Below, piece by piece: positions 13,103 to 25,666 of a stretch of DNA of 64,000 nt (position 1 is the stretch's first letter; every line of letters starts with the position of its first letter). The stretch comes from Schmidtea polychroa. Taxonomy: Eukaryota. Both the position numbers and the translations under genes were made by a program. Location: NCBI GenBank assembly GCA_044892525.1, contig CM097885.1:46066001-46130000 (forward strand), in the 5' to 3' direction. Below the pieces are notes generated by a model, which saw nothing but the letters and a program-made list of their open reading frames with translations, did not search any database and was not told where the DNA came from.

Positions 13103-14969
13103 AGGCAAGATGAAAGAGTACGAACCATGGAAAGCAGCTTTTACGGCGTGTGTTGACGAAGCGGAAGGTGATGAGGTTGAAAAGATGTTTCACCTGCACA
13201 AGTACCTTCACGGAGAGCCATTAAAGTTAATTGAAAATCTAGGATATTCGGCAGAGGCTTATCAAATGGCAAAAGAGAAGTTGGATAGGCGATATGGTGG
13301 GGATGAAAGGATATATTTATCAATGTTAGAGGAGATGGACAAGTTCAGGCCAATTCGAGAAGGAGATTTGAAGGATCTAGACTTATTTGTTGGATTATTA
13401 GAAACAGTCACCGTTCGATTTAAATCCACTGGGAAAGAATCCGAGTTAAAGACTGGATATCTTTTTCAAAAGTGTTTAGGCAAGTTAACAACTGATCTTG
13501 TGTATAAATGGAAGAAAGAGAAAATAGAAAAGGAATTGCGGGAGACGATAGAGGATTTGAGAAGATGGATACAACAAGAAGCGGAGATCCTAAGGTCCAC
13601 TAACGAGGTCGTGTATGGGACTCAACCATGCACCAGGGCTTATGATGGGCATAGAGTAGAAGGTGTGTCTAGAGAAAGAGAAAGCTTCAATCCAGGAGGT
13701 CGGACGCATTTTACGGGGCAAGCAGATGGCAGAGTTAAAGGTGGAATGGTTATACAAGTGAATAACTCTAACGGCTATAGATTAGAGTGTGTACAATGTA
13801 ATGGTCAGCATTACCTAGACCAATGTGACAAGTTTAAGCAACTCAGAATTTCAGAAAGGAAGAGAGTCATCGAAGAAAAGAAACTGTGCAGGAATTGCTT
13901 CAAAAGAAATCACATGGTCAAGGAATGTCGTAAAGAATTTTTCTGCAAGGTTACCGGATGTAAGCAAAGACACAATGAATTATTAAATGAAAACGCATCA
14001 AGGAGGACGGTTCAGAGTTATTTTGCGGTAACTGAAATGTTCAATGACGAGTTACGGGCATCTCGAGGAATTGAGGACACGCCACTCGACAGAAGTAAGG
14101 CATCTAATGAAGAGCAAGGAGCTCAGAGTCATTTAGATGGGCAAATATTCAATTCTGGAAGAACTAACGAATTAGTTAACGTTATGACAATCACACAAAA
14201 TGTTCAAGGAAAAATACATACAGGGGAAAAGCAAGATGAGGCTTGCCGGGCTGGTGAGATCATAAAATTATCCGACGATAAAATTGTGGAACCGAAGACA
14301 ACGGAAGTGATGAGTAATTGGGAAAAAGACAAACCAGAATTAGAGGATTTAACGCCCGAGGCGGCGGTTAATGATATGCAGGTCGACGAAGGGGAAGTTA
14401 ATCGATTAAAAGAAGAACGTGATAATGTAAAAGGGGCAGAAGACTCCAGAGGGGAGAAGCAAAACAAGGAGACCAGTATGGTATATGGGAAATCATGGGA
14501 AACTGTACGTGATAATGATCAAGGGGCCAAAGAAGTTGTGGAAAAATTGAACGAATCTTCGAACAGTTTCAAACAACAAGGATCACTGGAACTCGCTTGC
14601 ACGCCTCTAAAGATGCACATGAAAGACAAGGGGTCGATTGTGGAATCGAAACACGAAGCAATCAAAGAACGACTTTGTAGGATGCTTATAAAAACATTAA
14701 GTGAAAACTGTTCACTAAATGAAATGCAACAGGGAAAAGTGTTGAATATTGAATTGGCGAAAAACGGAGAAAGAATAATGGAGAGATTACACCTAAACAA
14801 ACTGAACATGGACAGCTGCTTGACTGAGTATTTCGTTGGTGGGTGGAGAATCCACAATGATCTTTCAAAAAAGGTGCGTGGTGCGGCGGCTTATATAATA
14901 CAAAGATGGGTTTGTGAGTGTTATTGGAGATTGAGCCATAATGCAGGAAATGAAGGGGGAAAGGGATAA
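13023..14969 (+). CDS. gag: BEL/Pao-type Gag (DUF1759-like region plus three Cys/His knuckles)
   Basis: [20 protein letters not shown]...[10 protein letters not shown]; [41 protein letters not shown]. No pol follows. Confidence 0.8.
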   Translation: MMIQSRRIIPCIKENWKVQKITIPVFEGKMKEYEPWKAAFTACVDEAEGDEVEKMFHLHKYLHGEPLKLIENLGYSAEAYQMAKEKLDRRYGGDERIYLSMLEEMDKFRPIREGDLKDLDLFVGLLETVTVRFKSTGKESELKTGYLFQKCLGKLTTDLVYKWKKEKIEKELRETIEDLRRWIQQEAEILRSTNEVVYGTQPCTRAYDGHRVEGVSRERESFNPGGRTHFTGQADGRVKGGMVIQVNNSNGYRLECVQCNGQHYLDQCDKFKQLRISERKRVIEEKKLCRNCFKRNHMVKECRKEFFCKVTGCKQRHNELLNENASRRTVQSYFAVTEMFNDELRASRGIEDTPLDRSKASNEEQGAQSHLDGQIFNSGRTNELVNVMTITQNVQGKIHTGEKQDEACRAGEIIKLSDDKIVEPKTTEVMSNWEKDKPELEDLTPEAAVNDMQVDEGEVNRLKEERDNVKGAEDSRGEKQNKETSMVYGKSWETVRDNDQGAKEVVEKLNESSNSFKQQGSLELACTPLKMHMKDKGSIVESKHEAIKERLCRMLIKTLSENCSLNEMQQGKVLNIELAKNGERIMERLHLNKLNMDSCLTEYFVGGWRIHNDLSKKVRGAAAYIIQRWVCECYWRLSHNAGNEGGKG

Positions 14970-15142
14970 AATGGCGGGGGAAATGCAGAAAATGAAGGGG
15001 AAAAGGGATAAAATGGCGATGGAAGTGCAAGAAATGAAGGAGAAAAGGGATAAACTGACACTGGAATGTATCTTCAAATAATGTTGGAGTATAAAAGAAG
15101 AAGGAGAAGCTGATGGGGATTTGAGATTGACACTAAGGTGTC

Positions 15143-15156
15143 AAGGGGGGGGAGGA
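15143..15156 (+). promoter_or_regulatory. Polypurine tract of the BEL-type element
   Basis: AAGGGGGGGGAGGA immediately before the TG start of the 3' LTR. Confidence 0.8.
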
Positions 15157-15475
15157 TGGAAAATTGTGAGCTCAATGCGCGTCTGTGTGCGCGTTGTATT
15201 GTGTGATGGGTTTGTGTGCGCACACAGACGCGAGCAATGTCATTTTTGTGTTGGGTTGTTAGTTTATCTCGCGTCTGTGTGCGCTTTTCTTTTCTTTGTT
15301 TTTGGCTTGTGTGCGCACACAGACGTGAGCAAGAGGTAGGAAAATATTTTATTAATTAGTTTATTGTGAATTTTGTAATTTTTAGATTGTATCGATTTTT
15401 TGAATTTATGATGAGTTATGTTTCGAGTTTAATGGAGTCGAATTATTTGGGTTTTTAATGATTTTCGGATAAAAG

Positions 15476-16016
15476 ATGGCTGCTTTTAATGAAGAAATGG
15501 AAATGGGAAATACTACCAACGAAACTGATGGTTCCTTTTTTATGACCCCAAGAGATCCTGATAATGTTAATGGTGTTTCTGGCCAACTAATATTAAATTT
15601 ATTTGGTGGATGGATTTCCGTTGGTATTCGAGGCAATAATTGTGATGTAGTAGCTACACAAAGAAAGGTTCCAGATAAAATGATTGAGAAGAGTTCAGCT
15701 ACAAGGTTGTTTAATATTACTGAAAGTCCTGGAGGTGTTATGACTGGTATGATCCCTGATTATCGATCTCAAGTATGTCGTGCACAAATGGAAGCAGCTC
15801 GATTTAGATATAAACATGGATATGAAATGCCTTGTGACATAATATGTCGTTCTATCGCGGATATTAAGCAGCTTTCTACCCAATCAACTGAGATGCGACC
15901 ATTAGGTTGTTCAATGATGGTATTATCTTATGGTATTGAAATGGACAAACTGTTATATTTCAAAACTGGCTCTGTGGATGAAAATAAAATTATTATTAGT
16001 TATCTTGAATTTCAAC
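15476..16016 (+). pseudogene. PSMA6-like fragment in the 3' LTR copy
   Basis: Near-identical to 11645-12185. Confidence 0.8.
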
Positions 16017-16017
16017 A

Positions 16018-17918
16018 AAAAGATTAAAGAGATTCAAGATGCAGAAATACCAGTATGCGCCAAACAATTAAGATCCTTTTTAGGTATGACCAATTACTAT
16101 AGGAAGTTTATAAAAGACTATGCGAAAATTGCGGAACCTCTACATGCAGCTACGTCCGGCTGTGAGAAAAAGATTAATTGGTCAGAAGATTGCAACAATA
16201 GTTTTGAATTACTTAAAACAAAGTTGTGTGAAGCTCTAATTCTAGATTACCCAAGAATGGATAGAAACTTTATTCTGGATACAGACGCTAGTTTTGGGGC
16301 CATCGGAGCAGTTTTATTTCAAGCTAAAGAAGATGGTACTGAAGTGGTAATTACATATGGGTCGAGACACTTGACCGCCCATGAAAAAGGTTATTGTGTG
16401 ACTAGGAAGGAGTTACTTGCTATACACGAATATGTAATGTATTTTATACAATATCTATACGGAAAGTCATTTGTAGTACGAATGGATCACAAGGAGTTGG
16501 TTTTCATGAGATACACAAAAACACCGATAAGCCCGCAATTTCAAACCTGGCTAGCCAACCTGTCCGGATATGATTTCGATCTTCAATATAGGAAAGGAGA
16601 GGAACATTGAAATGCGGACGGAATATCAAGGATTAAAGGGATGTTATGTGCACAATGCCAGACTAGACATGAAGACGTAAAAGAAGAAAAAGCCAGAGTA
16701 AGACATATCAGCTCATTACAGAAGACTGAGTCGATGACAAAACTCTTAGAAAAGCAACAAGATGATGTAGATTTCATTCACATGACAAGAGTGTTACAGG
16801 GAGAAGAGAAAAAAGATGACTTGAATAAAAAGAAATTTCCTTTCAATTTGCATAACAACATAAAATTAGAAGATGGGTTTTTATTATTAGAGAACAATGG
16901 TAAAGATGTCATCCTGGTGCCGATAGACTACTAAAATACGTTAGTTAAAGGAATACATACTGAAATGTGTCACATTGGAGTAAAGAAATTAATTAGCTAT
17001 ATGAGCAACATATTTTTTTGGCCAAACATGCAAGAAACTATACAAAACTGTTTGAGAGTATGTGAGATATGCTGCAGAAGGAAAATAGTACGGGAGAAGA
17101 CAAAGGAACGATTGTTGCCGATAATAAGTTCAGAATTTTTAGAACAGTTGGTCATTGATATAGCACACATGAAGAATGGTGGAGTGTACAAGTATATGCT
17201 AGTTATCATTGATCGTTTTAGCAAAATGGTCAGTCTGACCGCACTGGAGAGACAAAACGAGAGATCGATTTTCAAAGCCATATTGGAGAAGTGGATATAC
17301 CGTTTCGGAAAACCGCGAAATTGTCTGTCAGACAGAGGAAAGAACTTCGATAGTGGTTTTATGAAAACAAATCTAGGAAGACTGGGTATTACTCAACAGT
17401 TCAGTTCACCATATCAGCATCAATCTAACGGTTTAGTTGAGAGAACAATACGGACAGTCAGAGACTTGCTGACAACATCATTAGCAGGTGGACTAGGAGA
17501 GCGAAATTGGGCGGAGTTACTTCCTCGAGTAGAATTTTGTATCAACGTGACACAACAGAGCGCGACGGGATTTTCTCCATTTGAAATTGTTTTTGGGAGG
17601 AAGATTAACCTTCATTCAACATTGCCTCAGACGACATTGGATACAGTTGAGATACATAGATTGGTAAGAGAGAACAGTGAGAAAGCAGCTAAACGAATGA
17701 AAGAGATGGAAACAGAGAAGAGAACGAATCGATGTTTCACGGTGGGGGAGAAAGTATTAGTTCGGAAAGAACCACAAAATCGCGACAAAGATGGACTACA
17801 GTATGAAGGTCCGTTTGTCATATCAAAGTTTTTGTCAGAACACCAGGTGGAATTGAGTGACGGGACGACAAAGAAACTCAGACGAATTGAATGGCTTAAG
17901 AGATGGGCAGTTCCTTAA
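16018..17918 (+). pseudogene. pol: RT C-terminus, RNase H and integrase of the gypsy element, interrupted by stops
   Basis: LRSFLGMTNYYRKFI, FILDTDAS, HxxxxxH...CxxC, IDRFSK, SDRGKNF, NGLVERTI, GPF motif; stops at 16610 and 16934. Confidence 0.9.
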
Positions 17919-17928
17919 AGAAGGGGAG

Positions 17929-18045
17929 AGTTATGTAAAGTTGTTTGTTTTAATAATATTCGTTTTAGCGTGTGTTTGGAAAATATATTTTAATTATTAT
18001 TGATTTATTGATTTTATGAATTCAGAAGTTGAAGACATCATAACT
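17929..18045 (+). repeat. 3' LTR (117 bp) of the gypsy element
   Basis: Direct repeat of 9494-9610, preceded by a polypurine tract. Confidence 0.9.
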
Positions 18046-18201
18046 ATAATAATTGAATAATTTAAATCTATGTTGAATAATTTAAATATTTTGACCGTAA
18101 AGATGATTGATGTAATAATATTATTTGTTTTAATAATTATTATAAATAACTGAATAACTTAATTATATATAATTTAATATTTCAAAAATTCTCAATCCTT
18201 T

Positions 18202-18871
18202 ATGGCATCACCTGCAAAACGAGCTAAAATATTTAGCTCGTCATCTGAGGATGAAAGTTCAAATAATTTGATTAGCAGAATGTTAAGAAGTAGTACAGCT
18301 CGAAAATCTAAAGAATTATGCAAGCAATTGCTTACCACTCTAAACAAAAGCAACAGTGACTCCGAAGATTATGAAGTAAAACATTGGCTTTATATTAACC
18401 TAAATTTATACATAGGTTTCTGAGTATGATTCAGATGTAGACCCAGAATTTAAATATTCTGATGAATCTGAAAACGATGACGCCGAAGAAGGACCTGAAA
18501 GCATAAGCGAAAATTCTAGTTGTAACGAGGAATCAGTTATTTCAAATATTACTGAATTTGATGAAACCTTCGATATGCTTGAAAGAATGTATAATAATGA
18601 AACACTAATATCGAGTAAATTACTTGACTATTACATGAAACTTACATAAAACACAATTTAGAAGAATGTACGTTTAAAACGGCAGAACTTTGTAATGTAA
18701 GCATTTATTTTTTTATTTTTCAAATAAAAATTAAATAAAAGAAGGAAAGACACATATCTAAAAGAAAACTCTCAGATGAATGTAAAAGTATATATGGAGC
18801 TGCCGAACACAATTTCTGGGATGGAAAGTATGACGAAGCTCAAGAACAATGTGCTAGAATTATTAAAGAAT
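18202..18871 (+). CDS. GTF3C3: GTF3C3-like copy 2, exons 1-4 (18202-18375, 18416-18614, 18662-18696, 18742-18871)
   Basis: GT-AG introns of 40, 47 and 45 nt keep the frame. An acidic N-terminus is followed by KRKLSDECKSIYGAAEHNFWDGKYDEAQEQCARIIKE, similar to human RSKLPRALRGLMGEANIRFARGEREEAILMCMEIIRQ. The phase-1 donor fits the phase of the exon at 55036. Confidence 0.75.
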
Positions 18872-20984
18872 GTAAGCAATTCAATAAATTAAATAAATTT
18901 AATGAAAAAACTTCCTGTGACGATTTTTGTCATTTATATTAATATTTATATTTATTATGATATTCAATAATTGTATTAAAATATATATTTGAATTTAACG
19001 AGTGTTACTGCAGATCACACCGAAATCGTAATATTTGATAAGATCGCACCAAAGGTGGAAAATATTTGAATATTCAAGAATCAATTTATCCATTGATAAA
19101 AAAATTTTCTCGAAGAAAGAAGAAGATCCAAAGGAGTGATTATTATTATTATTGCACCGAGTCGCAACAATTATTGGTGGCTTTTATGGAAACCATGACG
19201 TCAGATGAAGATGTTAACAATCTGGATCATTTTTGAAATATGCCAAAGGGAAAAGCTTCTTATAAAATATCATTTACACGAACCAGATTAAGCAGACATG
19301 TGACGAAAGATTTAAAAATTTTGTGATCACAGTAAGAAAATTAGTATGTAAAGTTCTATCAGTGAATCAAACGGAAGACATCATATAACTCATAGAAATA
19401 TAAAAATTAGCGTGTAGGATTGTTAGGATCCGAGAGGGGCTTAGGATTATTTATTATTTATTAATATTTTTGTTATGCATAAGCAATTATAAATAGTAAT
19501 TTAATATTACTATAAATAATCAATAAGTATAAATATTAATTCAATAATACTATATATCAATTATAGATAAAATTAGTAATTTAATATCACTAATAATTAT
19601 ATACAAGTATTTAAAGCAAATGCTATTTCATATATAAATGAATAATTAACTAAGAAGAAGGACGGGAAATTAGAGGCAGAAATAGAAATCGTAATATTAA
19701 CCAATTGGCGCAGAAATAGTTAACTATATTGATTGAAAGAAACTTAAATTAATTGAACATTTGAAATTATATAAATCCGTAATTGAATCTCAAATAACTG
19801 GAAATATTTAATCAGAAGACTTTGGAATTTGGAAGCTTACAAACTTTACAAATAACCGTTTTCGAGGTATGGATCACAGTAGTACTGTTGTTTATTCTTA
19901 TATAGATATATCCACTCCAGGTCCCAAGACAGGTATTTACATTTGGAATTGATAGGAAACAATTATCGTATGCATCAACAACTATAAGTAAAGTACCAAT
20001 GAATCAAAGCTTTCCTTCAGCGATTAAAACTTAAGTGATTATGACCATCCGTTCCAGAGACTAACCGGCCAGCAAAGAAAATACGAGAATTATAATTAAA
20101 GACAACGTGGCTCGGAAAGAAGGAATATCAGATAATGAGAGACTCAATAGACTCTTCTTTGTATGAGACATATAGCAAAGTGTTAGATGACGAGGGCAGA
20201 CCCATCACTACATTCACTTTAGATAAATATTACAGAACAGGACCAAACAAGTACAGGGTCAATGTGTACGCCGAAGAACGTAAATAAAGGAAAATTCTCT
20301 CCAACAGCTAAACAATTTAACTTTCCAAATATCTCTAATAGCTCAACAATCCAATTCCCCAAATAAGAACAATAACTGTTAACATTTTATGTGTTGCATA
20401 TAATTTTTATTGACATTCATTTATATCTGTATGACTTTCATTGACATTCATTTATATTGAATTGTATATAATTTTAATTTTATCGAATTTGTATTTTGTT
20501 GTGAATTTTATTTATGTAACACAAAAAAAAATTAAATAAAAATAAGGGATATTTAAAAAGAAATTAATTTAATATAAAAATAATTTAAGTATTAATAATT
20601 TTTAATGTCAACGTTAATTTAGTATTTAACCTAATTTAAAAGTTTATTAGTCTGATTAGACTAAAATACGCCAAATTCCAATGACTAAAATGAATTATAT
20701 TAAATTTCAATATTAAAATGAAAGACTAGAATAAATAAAATTAATAAATTATGCATAAAAATTTTAGTATATAAGCAACCCGCAAAATTAGTTTAATCGT
20801 CAAAATTTAGCGTCTTGACTATTCGAAGGGTATAATATAATTCCGGAGAATAATTTAAAAATAGAAACAGAACAAAACGTTTCACAGAATTTTAAAAGGT
20901 AGCAGTAAATAATACATAACACGCACAACATAACAATTTAACAAAACATACAAGCACGAGTATTGAATCGTCAAAAAATTGAAT

Positions 20985-21002
20985 TGGTGCCGCGAACCGG
21001 GA
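20985..21002 (+). promoter_or_regulatory. Orphan PBS-like 18-mer (tRNA-Phe-like)
   Basis: TGGTGCCGCGAACCGGGA resembles the tRNA-Phe-type PBS TGGTGCCGAAACCCGGGA. No intact downstream ORF. Confidence 0.45.
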
Positions 21003-21361
21003 CTTTAAAATTAATTATTGTTATTGTTGGGCTGAAACCGAGAACTGAGAGTTTGTTTTAATCGATCGAAAATACCTAACACAAAAACCGCAAAGTTGAA
21101 AAAATTTATGATCAAGGTTTAATATAAAATAAGTTACATCACACATTAAGAATCAATAAACCCCGTATAATAGAATAAAGAGATAAATAAATTTAACAAA
21201 AAAAATTCAACACTTAACAATTTCGATAGGAAAATAATAAAATGTAAAATAGAATTATTTGAAAATTATTTAAACGATATAAAAATTAAATCGTCAAAAT
21301 AATAAAATTAGTTAGCATTATGTAAATTGTAAAGTTTATAGAATTAAATGGTTATGTAACT

Positions 21362-21574
21362 CAGTGTTTCTCAAACTATGGGTCGCGACCCATTTTTGGG
21401 TCGCGAAAGAATTTTTGGTGGGTCGCGATGACTTATGGAAAGATCTACAAATATAAATTTTGGAAGTTTAAGCCTTTTAAATTTATTTAATCTTTGTCAT
21501 GTGGGTCGCAATAAAATTTTTGGCATGAAATGTCAAAAATTTGGGTCGTGATCAAAAAAGTTTGAGAACCACTG
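21362..21574. mobile_element. hAT-type MITE, 213 bp
   Basis: TIRs CAGTGTTTCTCAAACT / AGTTTGAGAACCACTG; 8-bp TSD ATGTAACT. Confidence 0.9.
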
Positions 21575-22118
21575 ATGTAACTTATGTTGGGGTTACACCT
21601 CGGCTGACCACTCTACCATGTTGACGGGTCTAAGGGTTGATTGTCCATCTCGAATAAAAGGTGCCACCGATTTGTCAACCTGGAGTGAAACCCCACATAA
21701 CTTTCTTCCAACATAGTGCCCGTGAATCACTTCACGTTGGTACTGCACTATGCAGGCGAGACGCCAGCAAGCAGGTGAGCTTCTGCCTTAAAACTACTCC
21801 TTGCTGAGGCCTCGACTTCCCATTCACGACTGCCGATAGAAGGGCTTACGTCCATTTCCTTACACAACCGCTTATCGGGATTCGCTGAATGCAAATTGGG
21901 AATTTCTCACTAGATCTTGCGGGTTCTCTACTCGACCCACTTAATTAAAGTCTAATTATTCATGAACGAAGACGTGTAAGACAACAAGATTTATTAATTT
22001 CAATGTTATGACACAAGGATTCAGCTGTACCCTTTACTAACGTTTGTCGAAAGAAGAGAAAACATCATAATCAACATAGATCGGATCCTTGTTCCTCATC
22101 CTGACCGCCACTGGGATT

Positions 22119-22907
22119 TTATTGTTTCTCCCATTCAGTGTCGGCGAATAATTCGTCGAGGTTAAAAAACTCGGAAGCGTTCTCTTCCCACATTACGCCA
22201 GCGGCTGATATGATTCGTGCCGAGGGTCCCGTTGTTAGGTCGATGGACACGTGAGAGTTGCCACCGCTGGTTGAATCCTCTATGGATGGGATGTTTGGCT
22301 TTGTAGTGGCGCACTCGCGCTGTCTCTTCTTGCGCTCTGCACGAGAGAGTTGTTTGCGCTTGGGTTTGCTTGAAGAGGCCACTTGCAGAAGGGTGACTGA
22401 TACGGATGGACTAGCAGTGGGGGGCTTACTGGTACCCGTGATGACAACATCTGGTCGCTTGGGGGACAATTCGGTTTCGACGCAGTCTCGGCACGGTCTC
22501 TTGAACGGTGGAGTTGGATTCGAGGAAAGGTTGTGATGAGGCGGAAAGATGTCATCGGCCTCTCGGATGGGAATCTGCACGATTTTTCGGGTTGTAGCCG
22601 CCTGCACGTAAACCTTATGCAGTGCCTCGGATTGTTCTCTGATTAGACTTCTTTGGGCACGGCTCTCAGATATTAGCGCGTCCCGGCAATGCTCGCTACG
22701 ATCGAGCTTCTTTTGGATCTCTTTCATCCGAGCGGGACTAAACCATGTCCCTTCCAGCTCGTCTATCTTCCTCTTGTAACGTCCAATCTGAGTTTGTAGG
22801 TCCTTTATCACCGTATTTTTATCCGCGCACGAGAAGCACGGCCGTAATGCTGATTTAGTGGTTGGTAGCATGCTTGCTATAAATAATACTAATGAAATGG
22901 AGAACAT
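22119..22907 (-). CDS. LTR-encoded 262-aa protein of unknown function (3' LTR copy)
   Basis: Open frame with CxxC, coiled coil, basic NLS-like KPKRKQLSRAERKKRQR and an acidic-aromatic C-terminus; AATAAA downstream at 21990-21995. Confidence 0.65.
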   Translation of the reverse strand: MFSISLVLFIASMLPTTKSALRPCFSCADKNTVIKDLQTQIGRYKRKIDELEGTWFSPARMKEIQKKLDRSEHCRDALISESRAQRSLIREQSEALHKVYVQAATTRKIVQIPIREADDIFPPHHNLSSNPTPPFKRPCRDCVETELSPKRPDVVITGTSKPPTASPSVSVTLLQVASSSKPKRKQLSRAERKKRQRECATTKPNIPSIEDSTSGGNSHVSIDLTTGPSARIISAAGVMWEENASEFFNLDELFADTEWEKQ

Positions 22908-24324
22908 ACGATTTTAGAATAAATTAGATACGACCCGCGTCCATTCGTGGATACTTGACCGTCGAAAAGAAGGAAAACTTATTCTACAATCCGGTTTTAC
23001 TACGGATCTTAGTTGTTAAAACAGTTTATTTAACCAAATGCCATCGGTTTGACGCATGTTATTAACTTTGACTATCTATTGATCTAACTGTATGCATGAG
23101 GGACGTAATAATTGATAGGGTGTAAATATAATATTGGTGAAACAATATAATAATGCTTTAGTAGAGGGACATTATAGTATGCGACCAAACCTTGCTATAT
23201 GTTATCTATTTTAATTTATTAAAAACAAATTACTATCGCTCTCAACATATTTTTGATTCGAAATTGGTTATTGGAAGTGCACTTTTAATTCGGTAGTGAA
23301 TGTGATTATCCATGTTGTCTACCATCGGTCTGAAAATATGTGATGAGTTTACATCAGCCATTACTTTAACACCCTCATGGAAAATCCCATCGGTCATAAC
23401 ATATCCAAATTTACGGATACTGCTGTCGACTGGTTGATTACATTATCGACCTATTGTGAATGGCACGTGTCGCGACTATCATGTATGCTAGTCTGATATT
23501 CTGTGCTCTCACCACATGGATTCGTGTATGGCTACTATCTTATCTCACTCACTTGGTGTATGCCATTTTCACGGTGATTTCATCGATCCTGCTGTCATAT
23601 GATTTTTTCTACACAGTGATTTATTTGAATTATGATTTACGCTACAGTCAGTTCTCATCGCGGAATTTTGCCCTTATCAACTTGTGTGAATGATCACCAT
23701 CGTTTGGAAATTTATTGGATCTTTTCAGTGATCGTCGAGGGAATAATTCTACCAAATACTGAAGCTTATTACTACTCTCGTCATTCTACTCGGATTTTCC
23801 TATTCAGATGTAATGCCGTCTCAATGAAACCTGCCCTTAGCCATTCGAAATTTTCTCTCAGGTTAAATAATTTGGATATATACAGTGATGCCCTGGCTCT
23901 TATTGTAGAAATAAATGTTATTAATTAAATTTGATGATATTTTACCTGTTTATAATTTTTGAAATAACTAAGTCTATAAAAACTTTCTGATTATAATATT
24001 AGAGAGGTTTTCGTAGAATCTCGCATTTTTCAGTTTCGAGTTAGTTAAAGTTTTTAGGATACTTTCGTAACCTGACATACAATCTGGACAGGCTAGATGA
24101 CATTGGGTCTATGATAACGGAATTTCATACGAAATTAGTTCTACTGAGTCCGGCAAATAGACGTTGTCGCAATTAACTTGATGAAACCATGTTTCCAGAT
24201 GAAGCGTACTATGAGATGTCGTTATTTTTGACGAAGTTCACTAAATCGTTGTCTGGATCTCATTTTTCAATAGGGGTAAGATTTACGAAAACGACTTGAC
24301 GAAAGAAAAAGGAATGCGACGCCC

Positions 24325-24594
24325 TCAGTCACTGTGTAAATCCTTGAAAATCCCTTCATTCGTACGACTATCTCTGTGAAAATCATTGTCTGCCAGCGAT
24401 TCTTTTAACCATGACCCCTTGTGATCATTTAGTCGCATCTTCAGCGATAGGACCCGTGAAGAAGCCTTCACATTTCGGCCCAATCTAGCTGCGTGATTGA
24501 AATACTCCATGTCCACCGGCTGAGCTCCCGAAGGCACCTCATACCATGACATGGAGTATCTCAACTCCACGTTACTCGTTAAATGAAAATTCAT
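24325..24594 (-). CDS. Small LTR ORF, 89 aa (copy at 50424-50693)
   Basis: A diverged nucleotide homolog exists at ~52096-52245; coding status uncertain. Confidence 0.35.
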   Translation of the reverse strand: MNFHLTSNVELRYSMSWYEVPSGAQPVDMEYFNHAARLGRNVKASSRVLSLKMRLNDHKGSWLKESLADNDFHRDSRTNEGIFKDLHSD

Positions 24595-25666
24595 AAAATC
24601 TTTAATTCAAATAAAATACGGACATCTGGATAAAAATATTTTATTAATTCTGAAATACTTAAATAATACAAATTACATCAATACGTTAAAGTTATTAAAA
24701 TGAAGAATCAAATGAAGAGAGTTAACCAAAATGTTTAATCGTTAATATTTACCATTACTATTAGCTTTACAAATACTTAAATAAATCTATAAACAAATGA
24801 AATACCCCTTACTATTGTTTAGGCTGAGTCAAAATTCAATATTGTTCGTTCCAAATAGTTTGAATGGTGGTCCGTTGGATGTCGATTATTGTGACGAATG
24901 GTATTTCGGTCTCTGAACTGGTTTTGAATAGTTGTGGAGTTTTCTGAATGACGGTTGCTTGGCTAGTAGTGTCGATCCTATGAAATGCTCGGGGTTAACA
25001 GTAACAGTAAACATTTTTCTTACCTATGAAATGCTCGGGGTTAACAGTAAATTTAATGTTTTTGGTAGTTGTATATATATCAAATTCTTATTTGTGCGGA
25101 CCAATCAGAGTTGAGTACCGCTTATTTCTATTAATTTAATATAATTTTCTTGTTTTTAGGTTGTTTTTTCCTTATTTTCTTTATTTTTAATATGTTTTTC
25201 TATTTATTTCCTTAATTTCCTTATTATTTCTTGAATTCCTCTTTATTTATTTGTCAACTTGTTCTATTTTAATCTTTTCTTAATTTTATTTTTTGTTTTA
25301 ATTCTTATGTCTTACTTATTATTTTCCTTATATCTTATTCTATTTTATTTCTGATTTTATTTATTTTATTATTATTTTTCTTAATGTTCTACTTCCCTAC
25401 TTTCCTATTTTTCAACGATTAAATTTTCGACTCAGCCCAACAAATCACTCGGGGACCCATCAAAATTGCGTCCCGCAATTGCATAATTAACTTAATTCAT
25501 TCATTCAAAAAAAATATAACACGAACACGAAAATTATACAACAATGATAAAATTTTTATTGTAAGATCTAGGTCAAAGCAAGATCAAGCAAGTATCACTT
25601 AAGGTGATAGTTTGTACATACAATAAAAGTTTCCACATATAATAACACAAATGTTTGAATTAGAGT

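Larger units (their letters stand above)
11351..16017 (+). mobile_element. Non-autonomous BEL/Pao-type LTR element (gag only) nested in the gypsy RT
   Basis: Direct repeats 11351-12186 and 15157-16017 (offset 3831; the second is TG...CA, 861 bp), an iMet PBS after the first, a PPT before the second, and BEL-type gag inside. Confidence 0.85.
9494..18045 (+). mobile_element. Decayed Ty3/gypsy LTR retrotransposon with 117-bp LTRs, containing a nested BEL/Pao-type element
   Basis: Matching LTRs 9494-9610 and 17929-18045 (AGTTA...TAACT), ATAAT on both flanks, TGGCGACC PBS-like motif at the 5' LTR end, PPT AAAGAAGGGGAG before the 3' LTR, and gag/RT/RH/IN remnants. Confidence 0.9.
21585..25442 (-). 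repeat. 3' LTR (3858 bp)
   Basis: Direct repeat of 47684-51541. Confidence 0.97.

Noticed and set aside
19421-20400. Possible solo LTR starting TGTTAGG with a 50-codon ORF
   Set aside because: No partner repeat, TSD or recognisable protein motif.
23460-23928. Plus-strand LTR ORFs of 77 and 98 aa
   Set aside because: No motifs, antisense to the element, and duplicated only because the LTR is duplicated.
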